DNA of 64,000 nt from an uncultured bacterium (lineage in GTDB: Bacteria > Verrucomicrobiota > Lentisphaeria > Victivallales > Victivallaceae): NCBI GenBank assembly GCA_949297015.1, contig CASFRF010000050.1, positions 903-64,902 of the forward strand, in the 5' to 3' direction. Under the pieces are notes generated by a model. The model made no database searches. It saw only the letters and a list, made by a program, of their open reading frames with translations, and was not told the origin of the DNA. This document shows, piece by piece, positions 16,044-23,867 of this stretch (position 1 is its first letter; each line of letters begins with the position of its first letter). Position numbers and translations under genes: made by a program.

Positions 16044-17465
16044 GTGAATCTTTATCAGGAGATCCGGCGCGAAGTCGGGATTTATCAGGGACCTGCGGTG
16101 GCTGACGGGGAGGCGCTTTACAGCTATCCGCAGCTGTTTGCCGCGGTTGCAGGATGGAGTGGACAGCTGGCCCGTTGCGGAGTGGGGCCGGATTTCCGCG
16201 TCGGGGTGGAGGTGGAGAACTCGGCTGACTATCTCGCCTTGTCGCTGGCGATTCTGAAGCTGGAGGCGGTGATCGTGCCGATTTCGGTGCAGAGCTCGCC
16301 GGACGAAGTGTCCGAACTGGTGGACCGGATCGGTGTCAATCTGCTGCTTACCCAGCGCACGCTGCCGGACTCCGTGGAGTTGATGGGAGAACTCGACTCG
16401 GAGTTCCGGATCCGGGCGCTGCGGCTGCCGGCGCCGGTTTCTCCGGTAATGCTGACCGAAGGGGACCGCGCGGCCTTTATCCGATTCTCCAGCGGGACCA
16501 CCGGCGGCAGCAAAGGGGTGGTGCTTTCGCACCGGACGGTGCTGGAGCGGACTTCCGCCTGCGTCGGGTTGCGGATCGGCGAGGGGGAGGCCGTGCTCTG
16601 GGTGCTGGATATGGCCTTCCACTTTGTGGTGACCATTCTGCTCTTTTTGCGCCGCCGGGCACTGCTGGTGCTCTGCCGCGCGCCTCTGGAGCAGAGCATG
16701 GCGCGGGAGCTGCGCCGGCACCGGATTTCTCTGCTCTACGCCACGCCTTATCACTACCGGCTGCTGACCCGGCAGGAGGCGTGCCCGAAAGAGCTGCTCG
16801 CTTCCGTGCAACAGGCGATCTCCACGGCCATGCGTCTGGACCGGGCCGAGGCGGAGGCTTTCGCCGCCAAATTCGGGTTTCCGCTGACCCAGGCCTACGG
16901 GATCATCGAGGTGGGGCTGCCCTGTCTCAACAGTTCGGTGGAGCCGGAGCGCCTGGAGTCGGTAGGCCGTTTGCAGCCCGCCTACCGGTTGGAGCTGCGC
17001 GAACCCGATGCCGCGGGAATCGGCGAAATCTGCCTGGCCGGACCGGGGCTCTTTGACGCCTATCTTTCGCCTTTTGAGCTGCGCACCGCCCGGTTTCCCG
17101 ATGGGTTCTTCCGGACCGGTGATCTCGGGCGGCTCGACGCGGAGGGGTATTTGTTCATTTCCGGACGCTGTAAGAGCGTGATCAACTTTCTGGGAATGAA
17201 GATCTTTCCCGATGAGGTCGAAACGGTGTTGAACGCGCATCCGGCGGTGCGGGAATCCCGGGTGTCGGGCCGTCCGGAACCGGGGTTCGGCGAGTTGCCG
17301 CAGGCGGAGCTGGTACTCAATCCCGGTTGGAATCCCGGTCCGGAGTTGTGGCGTGAGCTGCGAAAGTACCTCCTGGCCCATCTCCCCGGGTACAAGGTGC
17401 CCAAGGAGTTCTCCACGGTTTCCGAACTGCCCCGGACCCGCAGCGGCAAGTTGATCCGGCACTGA
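16044..17465 (+). CDS. AMP-dependent synthetase/ligase (ANL superfamily; acyl or aryl-ACP/CoA ligase)
   Basis: GTG 16044, 1 nt after the preceding TAG. FIRFSSGTTGGSKGVVLSHRT, QAYGIIEVG, FRTGDLGRLDAEGYLFISGRCKSVINFLGMKIFPDEVE and PRTRSGKLIR are the ANL core motifs. Confidence 0.8.
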   Translation: MNLYQEIRREVGIYQGPAVADGEALYSYPQLFAAVAGWSGQLARCGVGPDFRVGVEVENSADYLALSLAILKLEAVIVPISVQSSPDEVSELVDRIGVNLLLTQRTLPDSVELMGELDSEFRIRALRLPAPVSPVMLTEGDRAAFIRFSSGTTGGSKGVVLSHRTVLERTSACVGLRIGEGEAVLWVLDMAFHFVVTILLFLRRRALLVLCRAPLEQSMARELRRHRISLLYATPYHYRLLTRQEACPKELLASVQQAISTAMRLDRAEAEAFAAKFGFPLTQAYGIIEVGLPCLNSSVEPERLESVGRLQPAYRLELREPDAAGIGEICLAGPGLFDAYLSPFELRTARFPDGFFRTGDLGRLDAEGYLFISGRCKSVINFLGMKIFPDEVETVLNAHPAVRESRVSGRPEPGFGELPQAELVLNPGWNPGPELWRELRKYLLAHLPGYKVPKEFSTVSELPRTRSGKLIRH

Positions 17466-17481
17466 GCTGCCGGGCGTGGCG

Positions 17482-18486
17482 TTACACCGGCAGCCAGTGG
17501 CGGAAAAGCGCCAGAGTCCAGACCGCCGCCGGCACCAGCCAGAACGTGATGCCGAGCAGCAGCGGCCGCCAGGCCAGCTCCCGGAATTTCCCGGGATGCA
17601 GTCCGCATCCGGCCAGAAACAGCGCGGCAATCGCCAGCGCCTGCGCCGGAGCGCGGAGCGTCACCGCCAGAGTCCGGAGCCCGGGAACGAGATTCCCCGC
17701 CGCCAGCGCCAGCAAAAAGAGCGGCAGCAGCCAGAGCAGCCCCCACCGGGAGCGCCGCGGCGCCCGCTCCGGATGACGCCGGGCCGCCGCATGACGGAGC
17801 AGCAGAATCGCGGGCAGCAGCAGCCAGCTCCGCGCCAGTTTGACCGCCGCGCCCAGTTCCGGCGCCAGGATGCCCGGCACGCACAGAGCAGCCCCCACCG
17901 TCGCCGCCGTGTCCGGGAGCGCCAGCCCGACCCAGCAGCCGAACGACTCCGCATCGAACCCGAGCAGTCGACTCAGCGGGGGGAACAGCAGCAGCCCCAC
18001 CGCGTTGATCACCAGCAGCGTGCTCTCCACCGGCGCGGTCTCCCGGGGCTGGGCCCGGAGCGCGGGCGCCGCCGCGACGATCGCCGGCAGTCCCCCCAGC
18101 GCGGTCCCCAGCAGCAGCAGATCGGTGCGGTCGGGCCCCGGGCGGAAACGACGGGCGATCAGGGCGATCGGGAGCGTCAGCAGCAGACCCGCCGGAGCCA
18201 GAACCAGCCCCAGAATCAGACCGCGCCGCCCCTGCGGCCAAGTCAGATCCAAGCCCAGCCCGAGCACCGCCAGCGCCAGCAACAGAAAGCACCCCCGGGC
18301 CGTGTGCCGGGGATAGGGATTGCCGAAGACGGCGGCGAAGACCACCCCCGCCAGAAACGCCGCGCCGGGCAGGAGGTGGCGACCTTCCGGCAGCAGTACC
18401 GGCAGCAGAAACGCGAGGGACAACAGCATCCAGAAGATGAGCTCCGGAAATCGTGGATCCGGACCGATGGCGGGTTTGTTGCTCAT
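17482..18486 (-). CDS. polytopic membrane protein, YeiH/UPF0324-like (putative sulfate-exporter family)
   Basis: Start at ATG 18486 (MSNKP; ATGA overlap with the upstream gene). About 10 hydrophobic helices. Blocks VFAAVFGNPYP, GCWVGLALPDTAATVGAA, VKLARSWLLLP and RPLLLGITFWLV line up with my recollection of E. coli YeiH. Confidence 0.5.
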   Translation of the reverse strand: MSNKPAIGPDPRFPELIFWMLLSLAFLLPVLLPEGRHLLPGAAFLAGVVFAAVFGNPYPRHTARGCFLLLALAVLGLGLDLTWPQGRRGLILGLVLAPAGLLLTLPIALIARRFRPGPDRTDLLLLGTALGGLPAIVAAAPALRAQPRETAPVESTLLVINAVGLLLFPPLSRLLGFDAESFGCWVGLALPDTAATVGAALCVPGILAPELGAAVKLARSWLLLPAILLLRHAAARRHPERAPRRSRWGLLWLLPLFLLALAAGNLVPGLRTLAVTLRAPAQALAIAALFLAGCGLHPGKFRELAWRPLLLGITFWLVPAAVWTLALFRHWLPV

Positions 18487-18968
18487 GAACGCCTGATCTT
18501 CTCCAGCAGCCGGGTGGTGGAAAAACCGTCGACAAAGGGTTGGAAGACAATCCGGGTCCCCGCCGCCAGCAGCGCGGCGCGCTCTCCGGGATCGAGCTGC
18601 TCGAGCGTGTAGTCGCCCCCCTTGATGTAGCAGTCCGGCTGCAGCGCCGCCAGCTCCCGGTCGCACCGGGGCGCGTCGAAGATCAGCGCCCGGTCCACCG
18701 CCCGCAGCGAGACCAGCAACAGCGCCCGGCTGTACTCGTCGACCAGCGGTCGCTGCGGTCCCTTGAGCTGCCGGACCGAGGCGTCGGAGTTGACCAGCAC
18801 CCAGAGTTCGTCGCCCTGTTCGCGCGCCGCCGCCAGATAGGCGGCGTGCCCCCGGTGCAGCAGGTCGAAACAGCCGTTGGTGACCACCAGACGACGCCCG
18901 GCCGCCCGGAGCTTCGCCCGCTCGGTCACCGCCTGTTCCAGTGTCAGAATGCGCTCCTCAGGCCTCAT
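18483..18968 (-). CDS. D-glycero-beta-D-manno-heptose-1-phosphate adenylyltransferase-like cytidylyltransferase (RfaE domain II type)
   Basis: VVTNGCFDLLHRGHAAYL (nucleotidyltransferase HxGH motif), LWVLVNSDASVRQLKG, YIKGGDY. Start trimmed to ATG 18968 (MRPEERIL). Confidence 0.7.
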   Translation of the reverse strand: MRPEERILTLEQAVTERAKLRAAGRRLVVTNGCFDLLHRGHAAYLAAAREQGDELWVLVNSDASVRQLKGPQRPLVDEYSRALLLVSLRAVDRALIFDAPRCDRELAALQPDCYIKGGDYTLEQLDPGERAALLAAGTRIVFQPFVDGFSTTRLLEKIRRS

Positions 18969-19428
18969 CGCGACGGGCTCCTTCCTCCAGCGGCCGCACC
19001 CGGACTCCCGCCTCGCGCAGCAGCCGCATGGCCGAGTCATCGATCGAGTAGCGCTGATGGTACACCACTTCCGTCACCCCGGCGTTGATGATCATCTTCG
19101 CACATTGCAGACAGGGGCTGAAGGTGGTGTACAGCGTCGCTCCCTTGACCGCAATGCCGTGATAGGCGGCCTGCACGATCGAGTTTTCCTCGGCGTGGCT
19201 GCAGAAACACTCCCCTAGGTTGTGTCCGGAGGGAACTTCGGAGTTGCAGCGCGGACACCCGCCTTCCGAACAGTTCCGGATGCCGCGCGGCGTCCCGTTG
19301 TAGCCGGTAGAGATGATCCGCCGGTCGCGAACCAGTACCGCCGCCACCTGCCGCCGGCGGCAGTTGCTGCGCGACGCGGCGACTTTGGCGATGTCCATAA
19401 AGTAGTGATCCCAGTCCGGACGTTCCAT
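18958..19428 (-). CDS. deoxycytidylate (dCMP) deaminase, ComEB-like
   Basis: CSHAEENSI (H-A-E zinc site) and SPCLQCAKMI (PCxxC). WDHYFMDIAKVAASRSNC N-terminus. Start set to ATG 19428 (MERPDWD), which has an AGGA RBS and a promoter further upstream. Confidence 0.8.
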   Translation of the reverse strand: MERPDWDHYFMDIAKVAASRSNCRRRQVAAVLVRDRRIISTGYNGTPRGIRNCSEGGCPRCNSEVPSGHNLGECFCSHAEENSIVQAAYHGIAVKGATLYTTFSPCLQCAKMIINAGVTEVVYHQRYSIDDSAMRLLREAGVRVRPLEEGARRDEA

Positions 19429-19473
19429 CGTCTGAATCCTGTAGTTCCCGATTGTTCGGATATTTTTGGAAAT

Positions 19474-19502
19474 AATATACACGGTTCCCACCGTAAAATC
19501 AA
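19474..19502 (-). promoter_or_regulatory. predicted sigma70-type promoter for the dCMP deaminase operon
   Basis: Minus strand: TTGATT (19502..19497), 17-nt spacer, TATATT (19479..19474). Confidence 0.45.
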
Positions 19503-19519
19503 GAATTTCACCGGAGCTC

Positions 19520-19548
19520 TGGACATCCGGGGTCCGGGGTGCTACATT
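19520..19548 (+). promoter_or_regulatory. predicted sigma70-type promoter for the ABC exporter/hrpB operon
   Basis: TGGACA (19520..19525), 17-nt spacer, TACATT (19543..19548). Only 8 nt separate the -10 from ATG 19557. Confidence 0.4.
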
Positions 19549-19556
19549 ACCTTGTT

Positions 19557-21353
19557 ATGAAATTCATGCTGCTGCGACAACTCTGGGCTTTGTTCACCCG
19601 CCGTGAACGGCGCTTCCTGCTGCTGCTGTTGCTGCTCGATTTCGGCGGTGCGCTGCTGGAATTGGTCGGGATCGGCGCGGTGGTTCCCTTCGTGCTGTTT
19701 CTGGCGACGCCGGGCGCGCTGGAACGCAACCGCTTTCTGCACGAGCTCTACCTCTTCTTTGAGCCCGCCTCGGAGCGGAACTTCCTGCTGCTGCTGGCGG
19801 CGCTGGCCGCGGCCTTCTTCGTGCTCAAAAACCTCTATCTGCCCGCGGTCTTCTACTGTCGGCAGAGTTTTCTGCGTCGCAAATATCTGCAGCTGGTGGA
19901 GACGCTTTACGCCAATTATCTCTATTTGCCCTACGTCGAGCTCTGCCGCAAATCCGGCGCCGAACTGCTGCGCAACGTGCAGCTGACCGCCAGCGTGTCG
20001 TTGGGCTTGCTGACGCCCGCCTTCAATCTGGCGACCGAGGCGCTGACGGTGCTGGCGATCTTCGGTTTTCTGGTGGTGTTGAATCCGGTCGGCGCGCTGG
20101 TGGTCTCCGGCGTCTTCGCCGTGGTGGTGCTCGGCTTTATGCAGTTGCAGCGCAACTGGCTGCGGCGCTTGGGCGAGCGGCGGCTGGCGGCCGACGCCGA
20201 GATGATTTCCGGCGTGACTCAGAGCTTGAGCAGCGTGCGCGAAACCCGGCTGCTCGGCGTCGAACCCGAGTTCCGGCGGCGCTTCGGGCGCAATGCTGCT
20301 GAGGTCGGCTCGCTCAACGTCGCCAGCGATCTGGTGGCGGTGCTCCCTCGCTATGTGATCGAGACGCTGGCGGTGGTGTTTCTGATGGCGGTGCTGGCCT
20401 TTCTGGTCTGGCGGGGCGCCCCCTCCGAAGAGCTGGTGATCGGCTTGACCGTGCTCGGCATGGCGGCGATCCGGCTGATGCCGGCGGTGACCCGGGCCAG
20501 TGTGGCGATCGCCAATATCCGGCACTATCTGCCCTCCTTCAATCTGGTCTATCACGACTGGCGGACCCTCCGGAAGGAGCCGGAGTCCCCGGCCCCGGGC
20601 GGAGCGGGGACCTTTTCCCGGGAGCTGCGTCTGGAGCACGTCGGCTTTACCTATCCCGGGCAGTCGGCCCCGGCGCTGAGCGACGTTTCGCTGACCATCC
20701 GCCCCGGCGAGCGGATCGGGATAGTCGGCGGCTCCGGCGCGGGCAAGTCCACGCTGCTCGATCTGATTCTGGGGCTGCTGGAGCCCGAAAGCGGCACCCT
20801 GACGCTGGACGGCGAGGCGCTGGCGGCGGTGCGCGGGAACTGGTGGCGGCAGCTCGGCTGCGTGCCGCAGAAGGTCTTTTTGTTCAACGACACCATCCGG
20901 AACAACATCGCGCTGGGTGTGCCGCCGGAGCGGATCGACGAGTCGGCGCTGCGCCGGGCGGCGCACCTGGCCAAGCTCGATGAGCTGCTGGCCCGGCTGC
21001 CGCAGGGGCTGGCGACCCGGGTCGGCGACGGCGGCGTGCTGCTCTCCGGCGGCGAGCGGCAGCGGATCGGCATCGCCCGCGCGCTCTACCGCGATCCGGC
21101 TGTGCTGGTGCTGGACGAGGCGACGGCGGCGCTGGACAATGTGACCGAACGCAAGCTGATCCGGAGTCTGGAGGCGCTGCCGGGTCGGCGGACGCTGCTG
21201 ATGATCGCACACCGCTTGAGCACGGTCGAACACTGTGACCGGATCCTGCTGTTCGACCACGGCCGACTGGTGGCCGCCGGCAGTTATCAGGAGCTGCTGG
21301 CGACTTCGGCGCGGTTCCGGGAGCTGGCGTATGCGCCGGAGGAGAGGGCGTGA
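19557..21353 (+). CDS. ABC transporter, fused permease/ATPase (MsbA-like exporter)
   Basis: Six N-terminal helices. Walker A GGSGAGKST, signature LSGGERQRIGIARAL, Walker B VLVLDEATAALD. The track start GTG 19539 would lie upstream of the predicted -10, so ATG 19557 (MKFMLL) is preferred. Confidence 0.8.
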   Translation: MKFMLLRQLWALFTRRERRFLLLLLLLDFGGALLELVGIGAVVPFVLFLATPGALERNRFLHELYLFFEPASERNFLLLLAALAAAFFVLKNLYLPAVFYCRQSFLRRKYLQLVETLYANYLYLPYVELCRKSGAELLRNVQLTASVSLGLLTPAFNLATEALTVLAIFGFLVVLNPVGALVVSGVFAVVVLGFMQLQRNWLRRLGERRLAADAEMISGVTQSLSSVRETRLLGVEPEFRRRFGRNAAEVGSLNVASDLVAVLPRYVIETLAVVFLMAVLAFLVWRGAPSEELVIGLTVLGMAAIRLMPAVTRASVAIANIRHYLPSFNLVYHDWRTLRKEPESPAPGGAGTFSRELRLEHVGFTYPGQSAPALSDVSLTIRPGERIGIVGGSGAGKSTLLDLILGLLEPESGTLTLDGEALAAVRGNWWRQLGCVPQKVFLFNDTIRNNIALGVPPERIDESALRRAAHLAKLDELLARLPQGLATRVGDGGVLLSGGERQRIGIARALYRDPAVLVLDEATAALDNVTERKLIRSLEALPGRRTLLMIAHRLSTVEHCDRILLFDHGRLVAAGSYQELLATSARFRELAYAPEERA

Positions 21354-23788
21354 AGTTCGATCCTGCCGTCTACCCGGTGTTGACCGGTTACGCGGAACTG
21401 CATGCGGCGTTGCTGAATCCCGGCTCGGCGGTGCTGACGGCGCCGCCGGGGGCCGGCAAATCGACCGCGCTGGTGCTGCAACTGCTGCTCGATCCGGCGT
21501 TCTCCGGAAAGATCGTGATGCTCGAACCGCGCCGGGTGGCGGCCCGCGCCATCGCCGGACGTCTGGCCGCGCTGCTGGGAGAGCCGGTGGGACGGCGGGT
21601 CGGCTATCGGGTACGGGGTGAGGTCCGGGTGTCGGCGGCGACCCGGCTGGAGCTGTTGACCGAGGGGCTGCTGACCCGGCGGTTGCAGCAGGATCCCGGT
21701 CTGGACGGGGTGGAGCTGGTCATTTTCGATGAGTTTCACGAGCGGAGTCTGGCCGCGGATCTGGCGCTGGCGCTGACCTGTGACGTCCGTTCCGGATTGC
21801 GCCCCGACTTGAAAGTGCTGGTGATGTCGGCCACGCTGGAGGCCGAACCGGTGGCGGCGCTGCTGGACCAGGCGCCGGTGATCTCGATCGCCGGGCGGCG
21901 GCATCCGCTGGAGATCGTCTACGGCGAGTCGGCTCCGGCGGAGGAGCTGGCCCGGGTGGTGGCGCGGACCACCGCCCGGGAGCTGAGTCGGGGCGAGGGG
22001 GGAGTTCTGGTCTTTCTGCCGGGGGCCGGGGAGATCGCCGCGGTGGAGCAGCTGCTGCGGCCCGGACTGCCCCCGGCGGTGGAGCTGTATCCGCTCTACG
22101 GCAATCTGGATGCCCGCACTCAGGATCGGGCGGTGGCCCCGGCGGCGCCGGGGTTTCGCAAGGTGGTGCTGGCCACCAATCTGGCGGAGACCAGTCTGAC
22201 CATCGACGGCGTTACGACGGTGGTGGACAGCGGCTGGGAGCGGCGGCTGCGCTTCGATCCCGGTTCCGGACTGCCCCGGTTGGAGCTGGCGCGGATCTCC
22301 CGGAGTTCCGCCGATCAACGGGCGGGGCGGGCCGGACGGACCGGTCCGGGGCGGGCGGTGCGCTGCTACAATCTCTGGGAGTATCAGGCGTTTCCGGAAC
22401 GTCGCCCCCCGGAGATTCTGAGCGCGGAGCTCTCCGGTCTGGCGCTGGAGCTGGCGGCTTGGGGCGCGGAGGTGCAACAGCTGCGCTGGCTGGATCCCCC
22501 GCCGGAGTCGGCGCTGGGCGCGGCGCGGGCGTTGCTGACCAAGCTCGGTGCGCTGATGGAGGGGCGGCTCACGCCGCGCGGCCGGGAGCTGGTCCGGCTG
22601 GGGGTTCATCCCCGGCTCGGAACCATGCTGCTGCGGGCGCGCGACGGCGGATGTGCGCCGCTGGCCGCCGAACTGGCCGCGTTGCTGGAGGAGCACGACT
22701 GGACGCTGGAGCAGGTCGGCGTCGATCTGCGGGAACGGCTGGAGCGGTTCCGGGCGCAGCCGGAACGGCACGTTGCGGTGCTGCGATTGCGCGACCAGCT
22801 GCTTCGCTTGCTTGGCGAGCGTTATCGGGAAGGCTCCGTCGACGCTTCGGGGTTGCTGCTCGCCTACGGGTATCCCGATCGGATCGGTCGGGCGCGCGAG
22901 CGTCACGGTGCGGAGTACACATTGTCCGGCGGCCGGTCCGGAAAGCTGCCGGGAGGCGATGAACTTTGCGCCCATGAGTTTCTGGTGGTGCCTCAGCTCG
23001 ACGGAGCCGGAGCCGACGGCCGGATTCAGGCGGCGGCGCCGTTGTCCGAATCGGAACTCCGGCAGTATTTCGGCGATCAGCTGGAGGAGAGGACGGAGCT
23101 TGTTTTCGAGGAGGCGACCGGGCGGGTCCGGGCGGAGCGGTTGACCGTTCTGGGCGCCCTGGTGCTGACCCGGAAGCCGCTGCCGCAGCCGCCGTCGGAG
23201 GCGTTGCGCGAAACCCTGCTGGCGGCGCTGCCCGGACGCCCGCTCCGGGACTGGATCGGGGAGGAGAGTCTGGCCTATCTGGAGCGGCTGGCCTTCGCCG
23301 CGCGGACGGTGCCGGACGCCTATCCGGCGCTGGAGCCGTCGCAGCTGCTGGTCCGGCTCCGGGATTTTTTCAGCGGTCAGCGCAGTCTGGAGGAGCTCCG
23401 ACAACTGGATTGGAAATCGCTGCTGGGCTATGATTTGCAGCAAAGGCTGGAACGGGAGTTTCCGGCGCGCTGGACCACTCCCGGAGGTTCTCGGTTGAAA
23501 ATCGATTACACCTCGGCAGATACCCCGGTACTGGCGGTCCGGGTGCAGGAACTGTTCGGTTTGACCACCCATCCGGGGGTGGGGCCCGGCGGTCGATTGC
23601 CGCTCCGGCTGGAGCTGCTCTCACCGGCGGGGCGACCGATTCAGATCACCTCCGATCTGCCGGGCTTCTGGCGCGGCAGCTGGGCGCTGGTCCGGCGCGA
23701 AATGCGCAGCCGGTACCCCAAACATCGCTGGCCGGAAGATCCGGCGAGTGCCGTTCCGGGTGTCCGACTCCGGCGGACCGGCGAGTGA
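21350..23788 (+). CDS. hrpB: ATP-dependent RNA helicase HrpB (DEAH box)
   Basis: LTAPPGAGKST, DEFHERS, SATLE, TNLAETSLTIDGV, QRAGRAGR. 812 aa with the long HrpB-type C-terminal extension. GTG start overlaps the ABC gene stop (GTGA). Confidence 0.85.
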   Translation: MKFDPAVYPVLTGYAELHAALLNPGSAVLTAPPGAGKSTALVLQLLLDPAFSGKIVMLEPRRVAARAIAGRLAALLGEPVGRRVGYRVRGEVRVSAATRLELLTEGLLTRRLQQDPGLDGVELVIFDEFHERSLAADLALALTCDVRSGLRPDLKVLVMSATLEAEPVAALLDQAPVISIAGRRHPLEIVYGESAPAEELARVVARTTARELSRGEGGVLVFLPGAGEIAAVEQLLRPGLPPAVELYPLYGNLDARTQDRAVAPAAPGFRKVVLATNLAETSLTIDGVTTVVDSGWERRLRFDPGSGLPRLELARISRSSADQRAGRAGRTGPGRAVRCYNLWEYQAFPERRPPEILSAELSGLALELAAWGAEVQQLRWLDPPPESALGAARALLTKLGALMEGRLTPRGRELVRLGVHPRLGTMLLRARDGGCAPLAAELAALLEEHDWTLEQVGVDLRERLERFRAQPERHVAVLRLRDQLLRLLGERYREGSVDASGLLLAYGYPDRIGRARERHGAEYTLSGGRSGKLPGGDELCAHEFLVVPQLDGAGADGRIQAAAPLSESELRQYFGDQLEERTELVFEEATGRVRAERLTVLGALVLTRKPLPQPPSEALRETLLAALPGRPLRDWIGEESLAYLERLAFAARTVPDAYPALEPSQLLVRLRDFFSGQRSLEELRQLDWKSLLGYDLQQRLEREFPARWTTPGGSRLKIDYTSADTPVLAVRVQELFGLTTHPGVGPGGRLPLRLELLSPAGRPIQITSDLPGFWRGSWALVRREMRSRYPKHRWPEDPASAVPGVRLRRTGE

Positions 23789-23810
23789 GGAGTCTCCGGC
23801 ACCGGAAGAC

Positions 23811-23838
23811 TTGACTTTCCGTACAGAGGCTTTATGGT
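23811..23838 (+). promoter_or_regulatory. predicted sigma70-type promoter for the alpha-galactosidase gene
   Basis: TTGACT (23811..23816), 16-nt spacer, TATGGT (23833..23838). GGAGG RBS 8 nt before ATG 23868. Confidence 0.45.
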
Positions 23839-23867
23839 AAATCCGGCGTTACGATGGAGGTCGGATC

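Noticed and set aside
1-17465. Calling the lipid cluster a ladderane or an aryl-polyene cluster outright.
   Set aside because: The association of B12/SPASM rSAM lipid clusters with ladderanes is an unproven literature hypothesis that I recall only from memory, and this organism is not an anammox bacterium. The aryl-starter genes (ammonia-lyase) typical of APE/flexirubin clusters are not visible either. Only the architectural resemblance is claimed.
17060-18612. ORFs 17060..18550(-) and 17476..18612(+) overlapping the YeiH-like transporter gene.
   Set aside because: Their composition is Gly/Ala/Arg-rich or Arg/Gln/Pro-rich with no motifs. The 17482..18486 frame gives a regular polytopic membrane protein and is translationally coupled to the upstream gene.
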